From IMG/VR virus record IMGVR_UViG_3300020416_000002: a stretch of DNA of 64,000 nucleotides; one strand, given 5' to 3'. This document shows, piece by piece, positions 55,814-64,000 of the stretch (the stretch's first letter is position 1; the number at the start of each line of letters is the position of its first letter). The DNA comes from a virus. The position numbers were made by a program, and so were the translations under genes. The notes beneath the pieces were generated by a model. The model had not been told where the DNA came from and searched no databases. It worked only from the letters and a program-made list of their open reading frames with translations.

Positions 55814-58800
55814 TTATAGGAATGTAGGTTCTCCATCTTGACCTCCATACACAACTATATTAACATCCCTTAGGTCTTCTGGAGCAGGAATGCCGTTATA
55901 TATTGTAACACCAAATCCCGTAGTTGTCCTGTCGTATACGGTAGCATCAACTAAACCGCCAGGAAAATTGTTTGTGCCTCTACCGTTGATGACCACCGCA
56001 TAGTTATTATCATTCATTTCGTCAGCAAAGTTCACTTGGTAAACACCTGTAGATTGCTGTTCAATGGAACTAACATTGTGTGATCTATCGCCAGGCACAT
56101 AGTCACTGTTACCCACACCTAAGTTAGTATTCATATACCATGCAGTAGCACGACCCTCAAACATTTGAGTGTGTGTGCATGTCTTTAGACCTGCCTTATT
56201 TTTATACTCTCCTACCCTCAAGACTTTATGGAAGTCACTGTTGAATACTTGAATGGAGTTACCCATACTACCCATGGTAGTTCCAACTCCAACACCATAG
56301 TAGAATAACTGAGGTGTCTCTTCAGTGACTTCAATTTCTGTGAATGTTCCAGTAACAGTAACACCTTGAGTCATCTTAGCAGGACTTGTAGTACCAAACC
56401 CTACTGGATCACCTGACGCTGCATAGTAAAATTCAAGAGGATAATTTGCCTGCTGTGCAGCATTTTCAAATCTATATGTTTGTCCTACCTCAAACCTTAA
56501 GTAAGGTGACTCAAAACCTTGAATGTTGATTGATCTATCAGATCCAACACCAATATATCTGTGATCTGCTGTCTTAGTACCAAGAGTAACAGGTAGAGGT
56601 AAGAAGTTTGCTTTGTGCTCAGTGTAGAGACTCTTAGATGTCTCTGCAGCACCTGTTAAGGTAGAGAATGACGCTGCCTGTGCAAAGTTAGCATTGAGTG
56701 CATTAGAGGCGATTCCTGCGTTGTCTGCGAAGGTAGCAACACCTGCAAGGTTTGCAAAGGTAGCAACTCCACAGATGTCAGCATGAGGAACCTTCTGAAC
56801 TGATACAGTTGTAATACCAGAAGATACTGAAGTAACATCAATGCTTTGTGCAAAGTTAACAGTGATACCTGTTCCTACAAAACTTCCACCATTCTGAATA
56901 CCAATACCACTACCTGTAGCAACGATACCAGTGAGTTGACTACCATCACCAAAGAATTTGTCAGTGGTTCTGATAGGATTATTAGTAAAGATATCAAAGT
57001 CACTCGTGATACCTGATGCTACACTAGCAGTGGCAGAGTTACCTGTACACTGATCAGCAACTCCAGCAGTATTAGCACGAGTTACAGCAACACCAACGGC
57101 AAGAGAGTTAGCAGTTTCAGCAACGGTCGCTACACCAGCAACAGATGCGAAGTCTGCGGTAGATGCATTAGGAATTGTACCAGCAGTAATTGTGGCAACA
57201 CCAGCAGATACTGTAGTAATATTAAACTCCGATCCAAAGTCGATAGTAGCAGCAACACCAACTTGAGATCCATTACTGGTAATACTAACACCAGATCCAG
57301 CAGCAATCACACCAGTGATAGCAGATCCATCACCAGCAAACGCTGTGGCAGTGATAACACCAATAGTATTGACACTTCCATCAGTTCCTACACCAGCAAA
57401 CTGAAGTTCAATAGGTCTAGTGTATGCAGCAAATGCTACATCAGTTCTAGATGCTCTAGTAATTAAAGTTTGACCACTAGCAATACCAATATTATCAATC
57501 GTTAAATCTTGTAATGGTTGTAGTCTCTGTCCAAACACAAAGAAATCTGCAACGCTAAAGGTGCTAGTGTCACCTTCGGCAATACCAACGGAGACTGCAG
57601 CAGTTTGATCAGAGTTTCTATTTGATACATGAATAGTTGCTACACCATCATACTTTGATGTAAATAATCCTACATTATCATTAATCTGAGGGAAAGCAGT
57701 GCTACTAATATATGAATTTCTTCTACCTAAATTTTTCTGAACATCTGCATTGACATTACCATATGCTTTGTTAGCGATGACAGTAAAACTTACGCCAGGT
57801 TCAGATGAGGAAACATATACTGCGTCACCTGGTTTTAAGGTAACATCATCATACATGTCATTGCCACCAACTTTCATTGGAATACCATAGGCAATGTAAT
57901 CTGAGTCTAGGTTACCAGCATAGACACCACTTAATTTTGCACCATTGCCGTGAGTAACAGATACATTAAGTCTAGCAAGATCAGCAGCGTCGCCACCATC
58001 TATGGTAACAATATCACCATCAGTATAATTGAGACCATCATTATTAATTACTGCACTAACTACAGTTCCATTATTATCAACCTCAATATCAACAGTTAAT
58101 CCAGAACCAGAACCACCTGCTGCAGACAATACAATGATACCATTCATTGTGGGATGACTCATGCACTGATAGTAGTATGTCCCTGCAGGAAGTCCTGTAG
58201 TGTCCCAAGTAACATTGGCAGTTCCCTGTCCAGTTACACCACCAGCAGCAGCACCACCTAAACTAGTTCTGATAGCAAAGGGGTGAGCAGGAGCAATAGC
58301 AGTTAGATCAACATTAAGAGTGTCACCAACGGTAAGATTAATTGTAGGAGCGTTACCAGATACTGCTCCAAGTCTATCAGTACCACCACCGCCAAAAGTA
58401 TAGAAGTCTCCACCATATCCTCCGTGCTGTGCTGAGACAACATATACAGTATATGATTCTGGAGCACTGGAACCAGATATTGATGTAGTGCCAACATCTG
58501 CGTAAATACCTTGTGTATAACCAGTACCATTACTAATAAAAGGACCTAGTGTCTTAGCACCAGTGGCGTTGGCGTTTGGAATTGTAAGGACATCACCAGT
58601 AGAGTATCCTGAACCATCTGCAACAATTTCAACTTCAGTTACTGCACCATTAGAAACCTCGGTAATATTAACAGACGCTCCTGTTCCAGATCCTCCAAGC
58701 AAAAGTAGATTTGAACCAAGAGAGTAACCAGATCCACCATCAGTGACTGTTAATTCTTGAGCACCACTGTCACCAGATATTGACACAGAGTGAGTTAACT

Positions 58801-58936
58801 CCTCCTCAGTTTGATTTGATGCTGAGATGTTAACTGTTACCATTTCGGTTGCTGTATACAACAGGGTATTGGTAACAGTACCCAGTTGTAATGTAGTTTT
58901 CAGCGAGGCAAGTCTTCCTATCACGGCTCTAAGCAC
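55814..58936 (-). CDS. virion structural/fibre protein with cupredoxin-like domain
   Basis: GSGY repeats, GVITAT.F.GDGS fibre motifs, HPF...YYYQCMSHPTM. Confidence 0.75.
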   Translation of the reverse strand: MLRAVIGRLASLKTTLQLGTVTNTLLYTATEMVTVNISASNQTEEELTHSVSISGDSGAQELTVTDGGSGYSLGSNLLLLGGSGTGASVNITEVSNGAVTEVEIVADGSGYSTGDVLTIPNANATGAKTLGPFISNGTGYTQGIYADVGTTSISGSSAPESYTVYVVSAQHGGYGGDFYTFGGGGTDRLGAVSGNAPTINLTVGDTLNVDLTAIAPAHPFAIRTSLGGAAAGGVTGQGTANVTWDTTGLPAGTYYYQCMSHPTMNGIIVLSAAGGSGSGLTVDIEVDNNGTVVSAVINNDGLNYTDGDIVTIDGGDAADLARLNVSVTHGNGAKLSGVYAGNLDSDYIAYGIPMKVGGNDMYDDVTLKPGDAVYVSSSEPGVSFTVIANKAYGNVNADVQKNLGRRNSYISSTAFPQINDNVGLFTSKYDGVATIHVSNRNSDQTAAVSVGIAEGDTSTFSVADFFVFGQRLQPLQDLTIDNIGIASGQTLITRASRTDVAFAAYTRPIELQFAGVGTDGSVNTIGVITATAFAGDGSAITGVIAAGSGVSITSNGSQVGVAATIDFGSEFNITTVSAGVATITAGTIPNASTADFASVAGVATVAETANSLAVGVAVTRANTAGVADQCTGNSATASVASGITSDFDIFTNNPIRTTDKFFGDGSQLTGIVATGSGIGIQNGGSFVGTGITVNFAQSIDVTSVSSGITTVSVQKVPHADICGVATFANLAGVATFADNAGIASNALNANFAQAASFSTLTGAAETSKSLYTEHKANFLPLPVTLGTKTADHRYIGVGSDRSINIQGFESPYLRFEVGQTYRFENAAQQANYPLEFYYAASGDPVGFGTTSPAKMTQGVTVTGTFTEIEVTEETPQLFYYGVGVGTTMGSMGNSIQVFNSDFHKVLRVGEYKNKAGLKTCTHTQMFEGRATAWYMNTNLGVGNSDYVPGDRSHNVSSIEQQSTGVYQVNFADEMNDNNYAVVINGRGTNNFPGGLVDATVYDRTTTGFGVTIYNGIPAPEDLRDVNIVVYGGQDGEPTFL

Positions 58937-58985
58937 TTTTTTTAGTATTTATCTGTGCTAGAATATATACAGTAAACATCTTAGC

Positions 58986-59765
58986 ATGAACATTATAACG
59001 GGATCCGATGGATTCATTGCAAGGCACTTTCAAAGTTCCCTTGACAATGGTATTGGAATTGATATGGAGAACTGTTTTGATTTTTTCGACAACTTTAAGA
59101 GTTGGGATAAAATTGATATGATTATCCATCAAGGTGCGTTGTCCTCTACGACCAACAAGAACCTTGAGATGGTCTACAAATACAACACTGAATATAGTAT
59201 TAAGTTATTTGAGAAAGCAATTGAGTATGGTATCCCTGTAAAGTATGCTAGTTCAGCATCTGTCTATGGTAATCAGCAAGGTATCATTAATCCTTTAAAT
59301 TATTATGCATTATCAAAAGCAACCATAGACTATTGGGTCTTGGATAATATTGATCGCTTCAGGTATATTCAAGGGTTCAGATACTTTAATGTGTACGGAT
59401 CAGGTGAACAACACAAAGGAACTATGGCATCACTAGTCAGTCAGTTTCAGTGGCAGGCGGTGACTGGTCAAATACATCCGTTTGAGGGGAGCGATCAGAT
59501 ATATCGTGACTATGTGTGGGTAGGGGATCTTGTGAATGTTGTACTATCAAACACTGCGGGTTCTGGCATATTCGATCTTGGCACAGGAGAGCCAATAACA
59601 ATTGACACTGTAGCTCAACTAGTTTCAGCAAAATCTGGGTCGAAACTGTCTCCAATTCCTTTTCCTCCTAATCTTAAAGGTAAGTACCAATATTATACCA
59701 AAGCTGACATGGAATGGTTAAAAGATTACAAATTTAAGACTGTGGAAGAGTATCTCCTTGAATAA
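58986..59765 (+). CDS. hldD: ADP-L-glycero-D-manno-heptose 6-epimerase-like
   Basis: TGSDGFI, HQGALSSTT, YASSASVYG, PLNYYALSK, RYFNVYG..E.HKG.MAS. Confidence 0.85.
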   Translation: MNIITGSDGFIARHFQSSLDNGIGIDMENCFDFFDNFKSWDKIDMIIHQGALSSTTNKNLEMVYKYNTEYSIKLFEKAIEYGIPVKYASSASVYGNQQGIINPLNYYALSKATIDYWVLDNIDRFRYIQGFRYFNVYGSGEQHKGTMASLVSQFQWQAVTGQIHPFEGSDQIYRDYVWVGDLVNVVLSNTAGSGIFDLGTGEPITIDTVAQLVSAKSGSKLSPIPFPPNLKGKYQYYTKADMEWLKDYKFKTVEEYLLE

Positions 59766-60111
59766 CTCGATGAGAGTCGGAGTCAAAATGCTGTGTAGAA
59801 AATTCAAATAATTCTGAGTCTTGTATTGCTACCATCTGGTGTCTAGTTCCTCTTTTCATGTGGAACTTCATGCCAGGTTCTAGTATTAATGTGTTTGCCT
59901 TTGCTAGATCATCATCCTTGCCATAAAACAAATGAATGAGACCTGACTGTAGATAAAAGGTTTCGTCTTTTAATTTGTGGTAGTGCCATGAGCATCTTTT
60001 ATTTTTAGCAATGAATAAAAGTTTACCGCAATATTCTGGAGAGTTAGCGATCCACTTCTCGTAACCCCATCCTTTTTCTACAAATTTAATTCCTGAATCT
60101 GTCATACTCAT
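59734..60111 (-). CDS. cupin-fold sugar isomerase
   Basis: KGWGYE.W, SWHYHKLKDETF, H, EFST. Confidence 0.8.
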   Translation of the reverse strand: MSMTDSGIKFVEKGWGYEKWIANSPEYCGKLLFIAKNKRCSWHYHKLKDETFYLQSGLIHLFYGKDDDLAKANTLILEPGMKFHMKRGTRHQMVAIQDSELFEFSTQHFDSDSHRVIQGDTLPQS

Positions 60112-60132
60112 AGTCTCCCATTATATAGTATA

Positions 60133-60927
60133 TTATTTGAGGATACCATCTACATCCTCCATGGTCAAAGTATATGTGCCAGGATTTTGTACCGCTATCG
60201 CTGCACATCTATTAGCAAAATTAATAGACTCATCCATGTCTGGTAACTGTACATAATAAAACACTAGTGCTGCTAAAAATGTATCGCCAGCACCTGTTAC
60301 ATCAAACACTCTAGTGATAGGGACAGGAAATGTTTTATGATTCCACAATGCACCATTGGCACCGTGAGTTACAATCATATTCTCACCCTTAGGTATATGA
60401 TTTGCGTCTAATAAATTAAATTCTTTCTGATTAATTTTATAGATTATATTAGGATACTGTGTAGGTAACTTCTTCTTTTTAGTGTCAACAAATACTTTTA
60501 TGTCTGGATTCCTACTAGCAAGATGTTGAATATCTTCTACAGATATAAATCCTTTATCATAATCTGATATAACAATAGCATCATAACTTTGATGCACTGC
60601 TGCCATGGTAATTTGAGAAGGATGTAATGGTTCTACCTCTGGTTCAGTATCCAGACGCATGATCTGTTGATTAGATTTCTCATGAACATATCTTGTCTTA
60701 GTAATCTTCTCCTTATGAGTCAAGAAGTTTACATTGATACCAAGAGACTTTAAATTCTCATAAACATTTGCTGCCATGCCAGGAGCACTTTGAGTCTCCC
60801 TATATTTCATAACAGGAATTGGTGCTTCAGGACTTAAACGATCACAAGATCCATACACCCATTCATCGGTACAACTATCCCCGATCAATAATACATTGAA
60901 TTGTCTTGCTAGTCGCATACTTTTCAA
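60133..60927 (-). CDS. heptose-7-phosphate kinase (HldE kinase domain / HldA)
   Basis: RLSPEAPIPV, AANV, KTR, SDYDKG, DVTGAGDTF. Confidence 0.9.
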   Translation of the reverse strand: MKSMRLARQFNVLLIGDSCTDEWVYGSCDRLSPEAPIPVMKYRETQSAPGMAANVYENLKSLGINVNFLTHKEKITKTRYVHEKSNQQIMRLDTEPEVEPLHPSQITMAAVHQSYDAIVISDYDKGFISVEDIQHLASRNPDIKVFVDTKKKKLPTQYPNIIYKINQKEFNLLDANHIPKGENMIVTHGANGALWNHKTFPVPITRVFDVTGAGDTFLAALVFYYVQLPDMDESINFANRCAAIAVQNPGTYTLTMEDVDGILK

Positions 60928-61300
60928 TCCTATCGTAAAATTTTAGTTCAGCAGACCAGTAAGAACCTATTACTGATTTACCTTTCCAATCAGAACCTAC
61001 AACCATTATATCAGGTTTGATGTCCTTTACCAAGGACTCTAATGATTCATCACTATCAAAATACCTGACTTCATCAACTGCTGATAGAGCAATAAGCATG
61101 ATGCCCCTATCTTCCTGATTATATATTGGTCTAGTAGATCCTTTTTTTTCTCTCACTCTGTCGTCAGTATCAATACCAACTACAAGATAATCTCCAAGAG
61201 ATTTTGCCCAATTCAATAGTGATACATGACCAGGATGTAAGAGATCAAATGTCCCATTAACAAAAACTCTTACAGGTGCAAACGGATGTACTAATTTCAT
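60875..61300 (-). CDS. heptose-1-phosphate adenylyltransferase (HldE AT domain / HldC)
   Basis: NGTFDLLHPGH, KGSTRPI, GSDW. Confidence 0.88.
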   Translation of the reverse strand: MKLVHPFAPVRVFVNGTFDLLHPGHVSLLNWAKSLGDYLVVGIDTDDRVREKKGSTRPIYNQEDRGIMLIALSAVDEVRYFDSDESLESLVKDIKPDIMVVGSDWKGKSVIGSYWSAELKFYDRIEKYATSKTIQCIIDRG

Positions 61301-61887
61301 TTTCTACCTATTTTATATGCAATTGTTGCACGGAGACCAGTGTAGTCTGCGTCAAATGATAGACCCTTATGCATTAATTTACCTAAGAATACACAAACTC
61401 TACCAGGTCTAGGTGCCACTCTCATAACATTATCACTTTCAAATTTGATACAAGTTTCTCCATGATACTCTTCTTTAGCATCTTGATTTACATAGTATAT
61501 CATGGTTATACCATTATCCTTACAATCCTTATGATAAATTGTATTATGTAAATATTGTTGTCCATTGATTAGGATTTCTCCTAGTTGAATGTCCTCATTA
61601 GTCATAGTTCTACAGACCGCATGATATATCATGGGGAACAATGAGTCATTAGCAATGGGTGACAAAGGTTCGGGATAAATTTTTTGAGAAAAAGCAGGCA
61701 CTTCTTTTTCTGGATTTCTGGTCTCGGTATAGTGACCGAATCTCCACCCAGAAGAGTCCATGACAGTTCGATGAACATATTCAATAAACCAGTCAGGGAA
61801 TAAGTTATCAATTACAATAACTTTTTCCTCATCAATATTATATTGTGAGAAGTCAAGTCGTTCTTGACTACAATCAACACTAATCAT
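61297..61887 (-). CDS. 2OG-Fe(II) oxygenase
   Basis: INGQ...HKD, PRPGRV, HKG, RATIAYK. Confidence 0.8.
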   Translation of the reverse strand: MISVDCSQERLDFSQYNIDEEKVIVIDNLFPDWFIEYVHRTVMDSSGWRFGHYTETRNPEKEVPAFSQKIYPEPLSPIANDSLFPMIYHAVCRTMTNEDIQLGEILINGQQYLHNTIYHKDCKDNGITMIYYVNQDAKEEYHGETCIKFESDNVMRVAPRPGRVCVFLGKLMHKGLSFDADYTGLRATIAYKIGRK

Positions 61888-63784
61888 TTGGAACTTTAAT
61901 AAGTTTGTTATACTCAGGGAGATAGAGATACTCTAGTCCACTATTAGAAAGAGTCTTCATTGCATCTTCTAATGTCTCTACCAATGGTTCACCACCAAGA
62001 TTAAATGATGTATTGAAAATAATAGGACATCCAGTCTGCTGATAAAACTCATTGATAATATTATAGTAATGATTGTTTTGTTGTTTGGTTACTGTTTGAA
62101 TTCTGCAGGTCTTATCAACATGAATAATTGCAGGAATCTTTTCTTCAATGCCAGGTTGACAGTTGACTGCATACATCATAAAAGGAGTGTCCTCCATACC
62201 ACGAAGATCAAACCATTCATGCACATGTTCTTTAAGAATAGATCCAGCAAAAGGTCTAAAGAACTCACGCCTTTTCAATTTATTCACATGATCTTTTCCA
62301 TCAGGATCACGAGGATCATAAAGCAAAGAACGATTACCTAATGCTCTAGGACCTGCCTCAGATCTACCTTGGAATAAAGCAACAATGTTTTTATTAGTAA
62401 TTAGTTCTACTACATCTGCGTATGTAGCATCTTTAATCTCTGCTTCATAATCATATACCATTTTGTTAATGGTTTCTTCCATGTAATTATACTGAGGACC
62501 GAGATATAGATTTTCAATGCGGTCACGAACTCTAGTATCTTTGGTAATACGATGATGCCATAGTAGAGCAGCACCTAATGCTGTACCAGCATCGTTACTG
62601 ACAGGTTCAACATAAAGATTGATACCCTCATCTTTGAGTTGGTCAAGATACCAATAGTTAGCAACACAATTTAATCCATATCCACCAGATAAAACAACAT
62701 TTTTGATACCACTATCCTTAACTGCTTTTCTGATTAGATTTAGAACCTGCTGTTGAGTATCGTTTTGTACTCTCCATGCAAAATTCTTTCTACCTTCACA
62801 GTCATATGATTGTTTAATTTTAGAATCTGCTACTCCTGTTTCATATTCTTTTTCTGATACAATCTCATTGATCTCTGGTTCATACCAAAGATTTTGAATT
62901 GCACCATTAGGATACATTGGAGTAAAGATATTACTATCTGCTAAATCTACGGGTAACATACCACACTTGTTAAACAAAGGTGGAATGTAACTACACTCTT
63001 TACCATAAGGTGACAGTCCCATAGTTTTACCTGCCTCAATAGCAGGGAATCCACAGTATTCAGTCACTGCCTCATAAGTTTTTACAATGCCACATTTGTG
63101 ACTTGCAATCAGTTCATGATGATCATTTTGTGGTGATTCATAGTTAACATCTTGACCATACCCAGACCAGAATCCAGAATCAAAATTGTTGTAGTAGTTT
63201 AAAGGTGATGCAAACTTAGAACCTAAGTGTTTATATTTTGTGTCAAACTTATGTGGGTAAGCACATTCAAAAATAGTCTCTGTCTCCCAGTAATCCTCAA
63301 CTTCTTTTTTCTTGGCACCAAACTTAACCCATGAACCTGCACCGTCAACAATTACAGCAACTGCGTTTTCAAATCCAGAGTTATAAAATGCTGCTGCAGC
63401 ATGTGTTCTATGATGGATGTGTCCCATGTCAATGACATTTTTAGGAACCTCTGCACCACATGTTCTTTTTTTAATCTCATCCTCAGGTAAAGAGTTTACA
63501 TCAGGCAAGAGACCAATCTTTCTTGCAAGACCATAGTAAGGATCATTCATAGAATAATCCAACTTCATATCAGGATGTCCATCTAATCTAGTAGTATGAA
63601 CACAAACAAAATAATCTAACCTGTCTGTGTACTCCTTGATCTTTAAAATAGATGCTAGAGGACCACCATCATACTTTGCTCTAGTCAATCTCTCTTCTTC
63701 TAGAGCAAATACTAACTTACCATCTTTTAATAAAGCAACTCCAGAGTTATGTCCTCTAGCAACTGCTGCAATCCATTGTGCCAT
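61880..63784 (-). CDS. carbamoyltransferase (NodU/CmcH family)
   Basis: EEERLTRAK, HHRTHA, GKTMGLSPYG, GPRALGNRS, KRREFFRPF, NTSFN. Confidence 0.93.
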   Translation of the reverse strand: MAQWIAAVARGHNSGVALLKDGKLVFALEEERLTRAKYDGGPLASILKIKEYTDRLDYFVCVHTTRLDGHPDMKLDYSMNDPYYGLARKIGLLPDVNSLPEDEIKKRTCGAEVPKNVIDMGHIHHRTHAAAAFYNSGFENAVAVIVDGAGSWVKFGAKKKEVEDYWETETIFECAYPHKFDTKYKHLGSKFASPLNYYNNFDSGFWSGYGQDVNYESPQNDHHELIASHKCGIVKTYEAVTEYCGFPAIEAGKTMGLSPYGKECSYIPPLFNKCGMLPVDLADSNIFTPMYPNGAIQNLWYEPEINEIVSEKEYETGVADSKIKQSYDCEGRKNFAWRVQNDTQQQVLNLIRKAVKDSGIKNVVLSGGYGLNCVANYWYLDQLKDEGINLYVEPVSNDAGTALGAALLWHHRITKDTRVRDRIENLYLGPQYNYMEETINKMVYDYEAEIKDATYADVVELITNKNIVALFQGRSEAGPRALGNRSLLYDPRDPDGKDHVNKLKRREFFRPFAGSILKEHVHEWFDLRGMEDTPFMMYAVNCQPGIEEKIPAIIHVDKTCRIQTVTKQQNNHYYNIINEFYQQTGCPIIFNTSFNLGGEPLVETLEDAMKTLSNSGLEYLYLPEYNKLIKVPND

Positions 63785-64000
63785 TACTTAAATCCCTTTG
63801 GAGTTTTGTTATCACAACATGATTTAGTTTGTTGTGGTTGTTCTTGTTTAACGATAGGAACATCTTTTGACTTACCCAATCTTTTCTTACAGGAGTCAAT
63901 GATATTCTTGATGTCATCATCCGTCATGGACATACATTCATCGTTCATCATATCCTGTTGATCTTCCATAGTCAACCTGATAGGAGAGAATGTTCTTCTG
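63784..64000 (-). CDS. C-terminal part of a longer protein entering from beyond the window
   Basis: Frame is open to the window edge (RRTFSPIRLTMEDQ...); the track start is an internal TTG. Confidence 0.6.
   Translation of the reverse strand, partial: RRTFSPIRLTMEDQQDMMNDECMSMTDDDIKNIIDSCKKRLGKSKDVPIVKQEQPQQTKSCCDNKTPKGFK

Noticed and set aside
1-64000. tRNA or rRNA genes
   Set aside because: No cloverleaf/T-loop pattern or rRNA-like sequence noticed in the intergenic gaps; checked by eye only, tRNAscan not run

Overview
This AT-rich 64-kb window comes from a T4-like marine cyanomyophage (P-SSM2/Syn9-type, probably infecting Prochlorococcus or Synechococcus), and almost all genes are on the minus strand. 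(1) 0.5-1.1 kb is non-coding, with divergent sigma70 promoters and an inverted pair of cyanobacterial-type DnaA boxes. (2) 1-15.5 kb is an early/accessory region of small ORFs, a DNA methyltransferase, an SF2 helicase, a PD-(D/E)xK nuclease, two flavin-halogenase paralogues and a ligase-motif protein. It is punctuated by 11 copies of a 22-bp palindrome lying 29-31 nt upstream of a -10 box; one copy drives a ~200-nt highly structured ncRNA. (3) 2OG-Fe(II) oxygenases and an ndhP / 28-aa peptide / ndhI cassette follow. (4) Then come collagen-like and tail-fibre genes and a cassette of exported proteins. (5) The T4 baseplate/tail module (gp5-like, gp26, gp51, gp54-like, gp4, gp2, gp48, gp53) contains a CP12-like gene. 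(6) The core continues with gp32, gp33, exonuclease, phoH and thyX. (7) A glutamine-riboswitch locus appears to consist of two nested aptamer units with an entire 60-aa ORF inside one loop, upstream of a DUF4278-type peptide. (8) The window ends with an epimerase, glutaredoxin, a virion protein with a blue-copper motif, ADP-heptose pathway genes and a carbamoyltransferase. No tRNA, rRNA or CRISPR array was seen. All assignments are by eye from motifs and remembered synteny; no database search or folding program was run.
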